NCBI GenBank assembly: GCA_965199825.1
Contig: OZ241329.1
Location: 896,001-960,000 of the forward strand
Source of the DNA: Bdellovibrionales bacterium
GTDB taxonomy: Bacteria > Bdellovibrionota > Bdellovibrionia > Bdellovibrionales > UBA1609
Reading direction: 5' to 3'
DNA: 64,000 nucleotides
Shown one piece after another: positions 1 through 8,298 of the stretch (positions within the stretch are counted from its first letter, which is position 1; each line of letters opens with the position of its first letter). The position numbers were made by a program, and so were the translations under genes. The notes below the pieces were generated by a model. It ran no database searches and was not told the origin of the DNA. It saw only the letters and a program-made list of their open reading frames with translations.

Positions 1-36
1 AAAGGCATGGCGCAAGGTAACAAAACTTGCCCCAAC

Positions 37-618
37 TCACAAGAGCGACCTCCGGGCGATTGTCCAAACTTCAAAGCAAGCTGGACTATTGAGGGCATAA
101 AATGCAGCCTGCGCGGTTGCGCCACTTGTGATGACATCATCAATAAAGATCACTCTTGGCTCCTGAGCCTGAAATTTTTTAAACTCAAAAGGATTTGGTT
201 TCAGTTTTAAACGCAGCCGGTCTTGGCGCGATTTTGTTTTTTGCACGCTTGAGCTTTGTTTTTCAAGCAGCGGCCAAATCGCAATCCCAGTCACACCCGC
301 CACCGCGTGAGCAAAGGTAAAGGCATGGTCAAGAGTGGCCGCAGGGGCCGGTATCAAAACAGCTTCTTGCGGTAAAAATGGCCCAAATTTTAAAAACTCA
401 AGTGCGAAGCGTTCGAACATTGAAGTTTGGGCTCCACCTTTCAACTTGGATATCAAATACCTCAAGGGCTGATCGTTTTTTTTATTCCAATCAAAAAGGC
501 TATAAACAGGAACTATGTAGTCAAAACACTCACGCTGCTCGAACGGCAACATGGACTGACAAATCAAATCTTGGCAAACTTGGCAGCGGTAAGCACCGCA
601 AAGGAAACAAAAGGGCAT
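37..618 (-). CDS. comF: ComF-family amidophosphoribosyltransferase-like competence protein
   Basis: N-terminal CxxC...CxxC; PRT motif IFIDDVITSGAT; ATG at 618 follows GAGGA (ORF open to TTG at 630). Confidence 0.8.
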   Translation of the reverse strand: MPFCFLCGAYRCQVCQDLICQSMLPFEQRECFDYIVPVYSLFDWNKKNDQPLRYLISKLKGGAQTSMFERFALEFLKFGPFLPQEAVLIPAPAATLDHAFTFAHAVAGVTGIAIWPLLEKQSSSVQKTKSRQDRLRLKLKPNPFEFKKFQAQEPRVIFIDDVITSGATAQAAFYALNSPACFEVWTIARRSLL

Positions 619-677
619 ATCCTCATGCAATCCTCGAGATTTCTATTTTGAGGGAAAGGACTTGAGCTCGCACTCGT

Positions 678-1163
678 TCAACCGGCGGAACCCGCATTGT
701 GATAGGGCAGATTTTTAAGAATGGTAAACCCGCGATAAATTTGCTCAAGCGCAACCGCTACAGCAATCTGATGACTCATTGTTAAGTTGGAAAGCCTAAG
801 GCTTGCATCAGCCCTTTGGCGCAACAGTGCACCAAAGCCATAGGGCCCACCGATCAAAAAAACCAAACGTGATTTTCCGCTCTCTAAATATGAATTTAAT
901 TTTTTGGCAAACTGCTCGGAATTTTTAAGGTCTTGGCCCGTTTCATCAAATAAAATGACATAGTCTTTGAGGCTGATCTTTTTTAAAAAAGCGGTGTCAG
1001 ATTTTACGACCGCCTGTTGAGCTTGATCACGCTCACCCGCCTCGACCTTTAAACTTTCGATTATAAAAGGCGAAAACGGGTTGATCTTTTTTTGATAGGT
1101 TTGTTTAAGCTCCTCAAGCCAGCCCGATTTTTTGGTTTGAGCTGTGAGGACAACAATCTTCAA
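678..1163 (-). CDS. rlmH: 23S rRNA (pseudouridine1915-N3)-methyltransferase
   Basis: SPOUT motifs FLIGGPYG, LSNLTMSH, EQIYRGFTILKNLPYH; directly follows the RsfS domain as in the usual rsfS-rlmH order. Confidence 0.95.
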   Translation of the reverse strand: MKIVVLTAQTKKSGWLEELKQTYQKKINPFSPFIIESLKVEAGERDQAQQAVVKSDTAFLKKISLKDYVILFDETGQDLKNSEQFAKKLNSYLESGKSRLVFLIGGPYGFGALLRQRADASLRLSNLTMSHQIAVAVALEQIYRGFTILKNLPYHNAGSAG

Positions 1164-2203
1164 TTGAGTTTGCCTGTGATCTTTGGCAGCGGCAGCTCCT
1201 CAGCATCGCGCCAGAGCTGTTCGAGACGATATTCATTTCGCACGTAATCGTAAAATAAATGAACAATGAGTGAACCATAATCGATCACCACCCAGCGTCC
1301 CTCTTTTTGTCCCTCTACACTTTGTGGCCAAACTCCGTACTGATCTTTGACCGCCTTCATCACCGATTCGGCAAGGCTCTGGGTTTGACGAGTGCTCGTA
1401 CCCGAACACACCACCGTAAATTCGGAGGGCTGTTGGAGGGAACGTAAATCATAAGCCAAAACTTGGATGCCATTTTTTTCTTTTAAAATTTGGCTACAAA
1501 AGATGGTGAATTTTTCGAAGTCGCCAATGCGAGCACCAAGAGATTCGTACAGCCCTTGAGAACGAATAAATTTCTCAACAGATTCAGAAATCAAATCGGC
1601 AACCGCTTCTTTCGCTCGAAAACGCCTTCGAATTTCGGTAGCCGAAACATCAACATCTTTCAGTTGAATAAACGAAAGCGTTTTTCCGCTCGTAAACTCT
1701 CCTTTTTTGGCACGAAAAGTTTCAACCAATTTTTGTATTGCTACTGGAAAATCTTTTTTGCTTTTGATCAATGTCGAGTTCGGGCGTGAGGTCACAACCA
1801 CATTCACTTTTTTGATGATATCTTGAAAATTACGCCAGCGATCAAAACTTTCGAATTGATCAGATCCAATCACCAAATAAAATTCAGCAGACTTATTGCG
1901 TTTTTGGAGCTCATTCAAAGTTTCAATGGTAAAGCTCGTGCCTTTTTTATCGACTTCAAAACTCTCAACTTGAACCCGCTCATCGAGTTCTTGTGTTGCA
2001 GCCATCACCATTTCAAGGCGCTGCTCGGGAGTTGGCCCCTCGATCACGGGACGATGCGGACTTTGATAAGTGGGCACGATCAAAAACTGATCAAACTTCA
2101 TTTTGTCCAAAACAGTTTTTATTGAGTTCAAATGTCCATTGTGAAATGGATCAAACGTCCCGCCAAAAATTCCTATTTTAAGATTCTTTTTGGCTGCCCG
2201 CAC
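1160..2203 (-). CDS. nadD: Nicotinate-nucleotide adenylyltransferase fused to C-terminal ribosome silencing factor RsfS (Iojap) domain
   Basis: GIFGGTFDPFHNGH and VSATEIR (NadD); WVVIDYGSLIVHLF...RNEYRLEQLW (RsfS); start uncertain (GTG 2203 or 2272, both overlap obgE). Confidence 0.9.
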   Translation of the reverse strand: MRAAKKNLKIGIFGGTFDPFHNGHLNSIKTVLDKMKFDQFLIVPTYQSPHRPVIEGPTPEQRLEMVMAATQELDERVQVESFEVDKKGTSFTIETLNELQKRNKSAEFYLVIGSDQFESFDRWRNFQDIIKKVNVVVTSRPNSTLIKSKKDFPVAIQKLVETFRAKKGEFTSGKTLSFIQLKDVDVSATEIRRRFRAKEAVADLISESVEKFIRSQGLYESLGARIGDFEKFTIFCSQILKEKNGIQVLAYDLRSLQQPSEFTVVCSGTSTRQTQSLAESVMKAVKDQYGVWPQSVEGQKEGRWVVIDYGSLIVHLFYDYVRNEYRLEQLWRDAEELPLPKITGKLN

Positions 2204-3230
2204 TGGCTTTTTGGGCGAAGACTTTTTTGCTGATTTCAAAAGTAAGCTCCTTAATATTTTTTCCTGTGGCACACGAGATTAAAAAAGGATTAACCCCTTT
2301 TTTGATAAATTTCTTTTTCACTTTTTCTAAATCTTTGGCCTCGGAGGAATCAATTTTATTGAGGACAACGATTTGTTGGCGCGAATTTAGGGCAACATAA
2401 CCCTCTTCACCACTCTTTTGTTTGTCGTGAAGCTGAAGTTCCAAATTGATTTGCTCATAGGCTTCGAGTGGATCGAGCTGGGCCATTGAGCTCGCATCAA
2501 TCAGATGCACAAACAAAGATGTGCGCTCGATATGACGCAAAAACTGAGTTCCAAGACCAACACCAAGATGAGCGCCCACCACCAAACCTGGAATGTCGGC
2601 AACCACAAAACTTTGGGCATCTTCAAGTTGGACCACACCCAAATTCGGAATCAATGTTGTAAATGGGTAGTCGGCAATTTTAGGTTTGGCCGCCGAGATG
2701 CGAGAAATAAACGTCGATTTGCCCGCGTTTGGAAATCCAATGATTCCCACGTCCGCAATCAGTTTGAGTTCTAAATGTACATCTTGGGTTTTGCCGGGCA
2801 TTCCCTTTTGGGCAACCGATGGCGCTTGATTGACACTCGTTTTATAAAACGTGTTGCCCTTACCACCAATGCCGCCTTTGAGCAGAATCACACTCTGGCC
2901 AGGCTCACTCAAGTCGGCCAATACCATTCCTTCATCATCTTTGACGATGGTGCCCACAGGTACTCGCATGATCATATCTTCGCCCGCAGAACCCGACGAA
3001 TTGGCTTTTGAACCGGGATCGCCATGAGGAGCTTGATATGTTTTTTTGAATCTCAAATCGAGCAGCGATCCAAGCTGTGGATCCGCCCGAAAGACCACAT
3101 CTCCACCGCGACCCCCATCGCCACCATCAGGTCCACCCCGTGGGGTCATCGCTTCGTGCCTAAAGCTCACACACCCTGGCCCACCGTTGCCGGAGGAGAC
3201 AGTGATACGAACTTCATCAACAAATTTCAT
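2178..3230 (-). CDS. obgE: GTPase Obg/CgtA
   Basis: MKFVDE start, Gly-rich Obg fold, GFPNAGKST, DYPFTT, DIPG, NKID. Confidence 0.98.
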   Translation of the reverse strand: MKFVDEVRITVSSGNGGPGCVSFRHEAMTPRGGPDGGDGGRGGDVVFRADPQLGSLLDLRFKKTYQAPHGDPGSKANSSGSAGEDMIMRVPVGTIVKDDEGMVLADLSEPGQSVILLKGGIGGKGNTFYKTSVNQAPSVAQKGMPGKTQDVHLELKLIADVGIIGFPNAGKSTFISRISAAKPKIADYPFTTLIPNLGVVQLEDAQSFVVADIPGLVVGAHLGVGLGTQFLRHIERTSLFVHLIDASSMAQLDPLEAYEQINLELQLHDKQKSGEEGYVALNSRQQIVVLNKIDSSEAKDLEKVKKKFIKKGVNPFLISCATGKNIKELTFEISKKVFAQKASAGSQKES

Positions 3231-3247
3231 TTATTCCTCAGTTTATT

Positions 3248-3277
3248 AAAAAAAAAGGGCTTAAAAACAAGCCCTTT
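3248..3277 (-). terminator. Intrinsic terminator after rplU-rpmA
   Basis: Minus strand AAAGGGCTT-GTTTTT-AAGCCC followed by T9. Confidence 0.75.
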
Positions 3278-3306
3278 AGAAATTCCATCTTTTTAAGAAA
3301 ATGGGT

Positions 3307-3576
3307 TTAAGCAGATTTACGATCTTGTGGATAAACACTGATACGAAAACGATGTTTATTGACGCGCTCAAATTTTACCGCGCCTTCGATCACAGAATAA
3401 ATTGTAAAATCACGACCTAATTTAACATTACGACCAACATGAAACTGGGTTCCACGTTGACGAACGATAATTGTGCCTGGCTTTACGGCTTCGCCACCAA
3501 AACGCTTCACACCCAATCGCTGACTGTGACTATCTCGACCGTTTCGGGTACTCCCCGCCGCTTTCTTTGATGCCAT
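3307..3576 (-). CDS. rpmA: 50S ribosomal protein L27
   Basis: [16 protein letters not shown]...RLGVK...IIVRQRGT. Confidence 0.99.
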   Translation of the reverse strand: MASKKAAGSTRNGRDSHSQRLGVKRFGGEAVKPGTIIVRQRGTQFHVGRNVKLGRDFTIYSVIEGAVKFERVNKHRFRISVYPQDRKSA

Positions 3577-3586
3577 CTAAAAACTC

Positions 3587-4159
3587 CTACTTGCTCGATT
3601 TTTTCTTAACAGTTTTGCCAGCTGCTTTTTTGGCAACTTTTTTTGTGGCTTTCTTTTTGGTTGCGGCACCCGCAGCTTTTTTAGGAGCTGCTTTTTTAGC
3701 CGCTTTTTTCTTAACAGCTACCGGTTGAGTTTCAGTGGGTTGAGCGGCTTGCTTTTGATTTGCACGCCATGCTGCCAACTGCTCTTCACGCTGCTTTTTC
3801 TTTTCTGGATTGTACACTTTTGCCTGAGTTTCGGCCTCAACACTGCCGTCGGCGGTGTAAATACCTTTAACAAAAACTTCGGTATAAAGTTGTCGGTGAC
3901 CTTGCATTTTGCGATAGCCTTGACGACGCTTTTTCTTAAAAACAATCAACTTGGGGGCTTTATCCTGGCGTGTGACAACAACGGTGACCTTCGCATTTTT
4001 CACGGTTGGCTCTCCCACATGAGTCTTGTCGCCGCCCACCATTAGGACGTCGGTCAAATGAAGTTCAGATCCAGGCTCAGCTTGCAGCTTTTCAACACGC
4101 ACGGTGTCGCCCACTTCTACCCGATATTGCTTTCCACCTGTGCGAATAACTGCATACAT
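3587..4159 (-). CDS. rplU: 50S ribosomal protein L21 with Lys/Ala-rich C-terminal extension
   Basis: MYAVIRTGGKQY...KKKRRQGY...GHRQ; GGAGG RBS before ATG 4159. Confidence 0.97.
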   Translation of the reverse strand: MYAVIRTGGKQYRVEVGDTVRVEKLQAEPGSELHLTDVLMVGGDKTHVGEPTVKNAKVTVVVTRQDKAPKLIVFKKKRRQGYRKMQGHRQLYTEVFVKGIYTADGSVEAETQAKVYNPEKKKQREEQLAAWRANQKQAAQPTETQPVAVKKKAAKKAAPKKAAGAATKKKATKKVAKKAAGKTVKKKSSK

Positions 4160-4210
4160 TCTAGTTCGACCTCCAAAAGTGTTTGTAAGTGCCACGCAGC
4201 GGTTCTTGTG

Positions 4211-5722
4211 TCAAGGACGACCACTGATTTCATATTGCTCAATATGAAAACTGGGCTCAATTTTAAATCCAACCGAGCGGTTTAGTTTTTTCTCTACATC
4301 TTCAAGAGCCTCGGCCTCTTCGGCATAAATCCAATCGGCAAGATCTTGGTGACAGCAAACCACCACAGGCTCGGTTGAATTTGAGTTTGAGTGCTCCCGT
4401 TCAAGCTCGGCAAAAATTTCGTTAGCCACGGTGGATTTGCGCCGCACATAGCCCTTGCCATCGCAATAGGGACAAGGCTCACAGAGGGTTGAGACCAAAG
4501 AGGGTCTAATTCTTTTGCGAGTCATTTCGACAAGTCCCAATTCGGACATTGATGTAATTGTTGTGCGAGCCAAGTCTTTTTGGAGTTCTTGAGTAAAGAG
4601 ATTCATCACCTGTTCGCGGTGATACATTTTTTCCATATCGATAAAATCAATGATGATAATTCCGCCGCAATTTCGGATGCGCAATTGATGGGCAACTTCT
4701 TTTACCGCTTCAAGATTTGTCTTTAATATTGTTTCTTCAAGGTCGCGCTTTCCCACATAGCGGCCGGTGTTGACGTCGACCACCACGAGGGCCTCGGCTT
4801 CATCAATCACGATGTAGCCCCCGCTCTTGAGCCAAATTTTCCTATCGAGTGAGCGCGAAATTTCGAGCTCGATATCGTAAAGATCAAACAGAGGGCGCGA
4901 ATCCGTGTAGAGCTCCAAGCGACTTTTGCTCTTGGGCATAAATTGGGTGACAAAGGCTTGGATTTTTCGAAAGGATTTTGCGTCATCGACCACCACGCGC
5001 TCGACACGTTCGCTTAAAAGATCGCGCAGGGCTCTCAACTCCACATCCATTTCGGAATGGATGAGCCCCGAGGTTTTTCTTTTTTCGTAGCCCTTTTCGA
5101 TCTCTTTCCAAAGACGATTGAGATACTCAAGATCGGCCTGCAAAGATTCCTTTGAAGCACCTTCACCCGCGGTGCGAACGATCACACCACCTTTGGGTTT
5201 TAATTCTTCGACTAGGGTTTTGAGCCTCACCTTTTCGTTTTCGTCTTCAATCCGACGAGACACTCCAAGATTTACTAAGGTGGGCATGTAGACAATGTTT
5301 CTGCCAGGGAGAGAAATATGGGTGGTGATTCGAGCGCCCTTGGTGCCAAGCGGATCTTTTGCCACTTGCACCATGAGGATTTGGCCTTCATGAAGTAAAT
5401 CTTGGATCGGAACGCGCTGGTCCTCGATCACCGCTTCTTCTTGTGGCGGCTCTTCTTCTTGTTCCATAAATAAGTTTTTTTCGGAATCAACAAGATCCGC
5501 ACGCACATCGCCGACATAAAGAAAGGCCGCGCGATCAAGCCCAATGTCGACAAAGGCGGCTTGCATGCCCGGAAGAACTCTCGACACACGACCTTTGTAG
5601 ATCGATCCCACCAAGGTCGGTGAGGTTTTGCGCTCAATTTTTAGATCACTCAACGTGCGATCCTCGACGTAAGCCACGCGAGTTTGGTTGGAGCGCACAT
5701 TTATCAGGATCTCTGTGGACAT
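4211..5722 (-). CDS. rng: Rne/Rng family ribonuclease (RNase G-like)
   Basis: S1 domain GSIYKGRV...AAFVDIG; DVNTG; GGIIIIDFIDM; CPYCDGKG; no RNase E scaffold tail. Confidence 0.93.
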   Translation of the reverse strand: MSTEILINVRSNQTRVAYVEDRTLSDLKIERKTSPTLVGSIYKGRVSRVLPGMQAAFVDIGLDRAAFLYVGDVRADLVDSEKNLFMEQEEEPPQEEAVIEDQRVPIQDLLHEGQILMVQVAKDPLGTKGARITTHISLPGRNIVYMPTLVNLGVSRRIEDENEKVRLKTLVEELKPKGGVIVRTAGEGASKESLQADLEYLNRLWKEIEKGYEKRKTSGLIHSEMDVELRALRDLLSERVERVVVDDAKSFRKIQAFVTQFMPKSKSRLELYTDSRPLFDLYDIELEISRSLDRKIWLKSGGYIVIDEAEALVVVDVNTGRYVGKRDLEETILKTNLEAVKEVAHQLRIRNCGGIIIIDFIDMEKMYHREQVMNLFTQELQKDLARTTITSMSELGLVEMTRKRIRPSLVSTLCEPCPYCDGKGYVRRKSTVANEIFAELEREHSNSNSTEPVVVCCHQDLADWIYAEEAEALEDVEKKLNRSVGFKIEPSFHIEQYEISGRP

Positions 5723-5797
5723 AGTCTGAACAATAGCAAGCGGATCGGCCTGATGTCGAGCTATTGAATCCTTTCAGGTCTGCCGATAGAGCCTTTG

Positions 5798-6964
5798 ATG
5801 GCTGAAATAGATAAGCTTTTTACAATTCAAGTGGCCGAGGGCGCATCCGATCTTCACCTTTCAGCAGGCTCACCGCCTTCGCTGCGACTTCATGGTGAGA
5901 TGCACCGATTGTCCCATCCCTCACTGACAAATGAAAATGTTCAAGCTCTCGTGTTTGAAATCTTAACCGAAAAACAAAAGCGGTTGTTTGTTGAAAACTG
6001 GGAACTCGATTGCAGCTACCAACTTCCTGGTGTTGGCCGATTTCGTTGCAATGTGTTTATGCAACGACGTGGACTGGGCGCGGTCTTCCGAGTGATTCCT
6101 GAAAAAATTAAGAGTGCGAGTGAATTGGGTTTGCCACCCGGCCTTATGGATTTGATCAATGTTCCACGTGGAATGGTTTTGGTTACAGGCCCAACAGGTT
6201 CTGGAAAATCGACCACACTTGCGGCTTTGTTGCACACCATAAATCTTGAGCGCAAAGAACATATTATCACCATCGAAGATCCGATTGAATTTGTGCACGA
6301 AAATAATCAGTGCTTAATCAATCAACGTGAAGTTTCGAGTCACACAAAATCTTTTGCTAATGCGCTCAAAGCCGCACTTCGCGAAGATCCAGATATTATT
6401 TTGGTGGGCGAGATGCGAGATCTTGAAACGATTCATCTCGCAATGACAGCCGCCGAAACAGGGCATTTGGTTTTTGGAACACTCCATACAAACTCTGCTG
6501 CTAAAACGGTAGATCGAATTATCGATGTTTTTCCAGAAGCTCAACAGGCACAAATTCGTGTGATGTTGGCCGAGAGCCTTCGTGGTGTGGTCGCACAAAC
6601 TTTGTTTGCTCGTGAAGACAAACCGGGTCGTGTGGCGGCATTAGAAGTTCTTGTCAACACTCCTGCAGTTGGCAATTTGATTCGCGAGGGTAAAACCTTT
6701 CAGATCCCATCGGCGATGCAAACGGGTGCGGATAGCGGAATGCTGACCTTTGAAACTTCGGTTTCAAAATTGGCGCGTGAAGGTAAAATCAGTCAGGCCA
6801 CTTGCGATAACTTTTTAGGCCGCAAGAAAAAGATCACCGAGAACGTTGAGCCTTTAGCTCGGCCGGTGGACTCATCGATTCGAATCACATCGACCGAATC
6901 CTCCGCTGCCGACATCGGAAAAAATCTGCTCAATAATTTGGGATTCAAAAAGAAATCAGGTTAA
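5798..6964 (+). CDS. pilT: Type IV pilus retraction ATPase
   Basis: ASDLHL, GPTGSGKSTT, IEDPIE, LREDPD...GEMRD, GTLHT, NLIRE (AIRNLIRE-like). Confidence 0.93.
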   Translation: MAEIDKLFTIQVAEGASDLHLSAGSPPSLRLHGEMHRLSHPSLTNENVQALVFEILTEKQKRLFVENWELDCSYQLPGVGRFRCNVFMQRRGLGAVFRVIPEKIKSASELGLPPGLMDLINVPRGMVLVTGPTGSGKSTTLAALLHTINLERKEHIITIEDPIEFVHENNQCLINQREVSSHTKSFANALKAALREDPDIILVGEMRDLETIHLAMTAAETGHLVFGTLHTNSAAKTVDRIIDVFPEAQQAQIRVMLAESLRGVVAQTLFAREDKPGRVAALEVLVNTPAVGNLIREGKTFQIPSAMQTGADSGMLTFETSVSKLAREGKISQATCDNFLGRKKKITENVEPLARPVDSSIRITSTESSAADIGKNLLNNLGFKKKSG

Positions 6965-7216
6965 AATTCGAAAGTCATCATAGACTTGGTCTGTGGTGAT
7001 TTCGTTCACAGTGATGGCCTTAACGTCTCCAGGCCCACTCTTCAATTTTTCGATTTTTTCTTGAGCATTTGCGCCAATAAACAAAGCTTCAACCTCACCG
7101 CTTGGCAGGTTGCGAACAAATCCTTTTATATCCTTCGCAATACTTAAAACATAACGACGAAATCCCACGCCTTGAACTCGGCCGTGCACGATGACATGTA
7201 ACGCTGTTGATGGCAT
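6956..7216 (-). CDS. acyP: Acylphosphatase
   Basis: GRVQGVGFR and GFVRNLPSGEVE motifs. Confidence 0.92.
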   Translation of the reverse strand: MPSTALHVIVHGRVQGVGFRRYVLSIAKDIKGFVRNLPSGEVEALFIGANAQEKIEKLKSGPGDVKAITVNEITTDQVYDDFRILT

Positions 7217-7225
7217 GCTTGATCA

Positions 7226-7873
7226 ATGACACAAAAATCTGAGCTTGCAAGAGCAATCGATCACACGAATTTAAAACCTCTAAGCGGTGTTGAAGATATC
7301 AACCTCCTGGTGCGCGAGGCGCTTCAGTTGGGAGTGTTTTCGGTCTGTGTGGCTTCGCGCTATGTGGAGCAATGTGCTGCGGCTTTGCGTGGCAGCGACA
7401 CCTGCGTGTGCGCGGTGGTGGGATTTCCGCTGGGCCATCAAAGTTCTGAAATCAAAGCCTTTGAAACCGAGTGGTGTGTGGGGAAAGGTGCGACCGAAAT
7501 TGATATGGTTTTGGATCTTGCCGCAATTAAAGGGCGTGCTGTTTCGCTGATCGAGAAAGATATTTCGGCAGTGGTGCGCGCAGCGCGCGGGCATGTTGTG
7601 AAAGTGATTATTGAAACTTGTTTGCTGACTGATGATGAAAAATGTTTTGTGGTTCCATTGATCGAAAAATGTGGTGCGCAGTTTGTTAAAACTTCTACCG
7701 GATTTTCTGATCACGGCGCTGTGTTGGAAGATGTGCGTTTGTTTAAATCTTTGAGGCCTTCGCTTTTGATTAAGGCCAGTGGCGGTATTCGCGAGCGTTC
7801 GGTGGCGCTTGATTTTATTGCGGCGGGTGCGAGTCGGATTGGGACTTCGAATGCGGTGGGGATTTTGGGTTGA
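7226..7873 (+). CDS. deoC: Deoxyribose-phosphate aldolase
   Basis: IDHTNLK, VGFPLG, EIDMV, KVIIET, FVKTSTGF, KASGGIR, RIGTS. Confidence 0.97.
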   Translation: MTQKSELARAIDHTNLKPLSGVEDINLLVREALQLGVFSVCVASRYVEQCAAALRGSDTCVCAVVGFPLGHQSSEIKAFETEWCVGKGATEIDMVLDLAAIKGRAVSLIEKDISAVVRAARGHVVKVIIETCLLTDDEKCFVVPLIEKCGAQFVKTSTGFSDHGAVLEDVRLFKSLRPSLLIKASGGIRERSVALDFIAAGASRIGTSNAVGILG

Positions 7874-7882
7874 GGGTTGGGT

Positions 7883-8055
7883 TTGTCGTGCCCGCTTTGT
7901 TTTTGGGATTGTTCATTGCTTGAGTGGTTTTGGTTCTGGGATTCATATCTGTTCGGTGGGATTGTGGTGCCCGTTTTTTGTTTTTGGGATTGCTCGTTGC
8001 TTGAGTGGTTTTGGTTCTGGGATAATATCTGTGCGGTGGGATTGTCGTGCCCGCT
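7883..8055. repeat. Imperfect tandem duplication, 79-80 bp unit, about 2.2 copies, G/T-rich
   Basis: Units start at 7883, 7962 and 8042, each with TTGT(C/G)GTGCCCG; units 1 and 2 share TTGCTTGAGTGGTTTTGGTTCTGGGAT. Confidence 0.92.
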
Positions 8056-8298
8056 GAGTCGGGCGTGCTTTCTCTGCATTTTATTTTCAATTTTCGTTGA
8101 CACATTTTGTTGCAGCTTTAGTTGGCCTACATTTGAATTTTACGAGGCAAAACATTTTTTCTTCTGCGCTGAACATTGCAAATGAATTGTAGAGACAAAG
8201 ACTAAGCAAACAGTGGCGTTGAGCACTCCATCTGACACGCCTTAAAAACTGGTTTTTGAAAAGCCATGATACACTTCTATCATAAACAGGAGATATTT

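Noticed and set aside
7883..8055. Mini-CRISPR (motif plus ~67-nt spacers)
   Set aside because: Intervening blocks are copies of each other and the repeat is too short
7711..8185. Several 90-130 aa ORFs over the 80-bp duplication
   Set aside because: Biased compositions mirror the nucleotide skew; several overlap deoC; likely spurious
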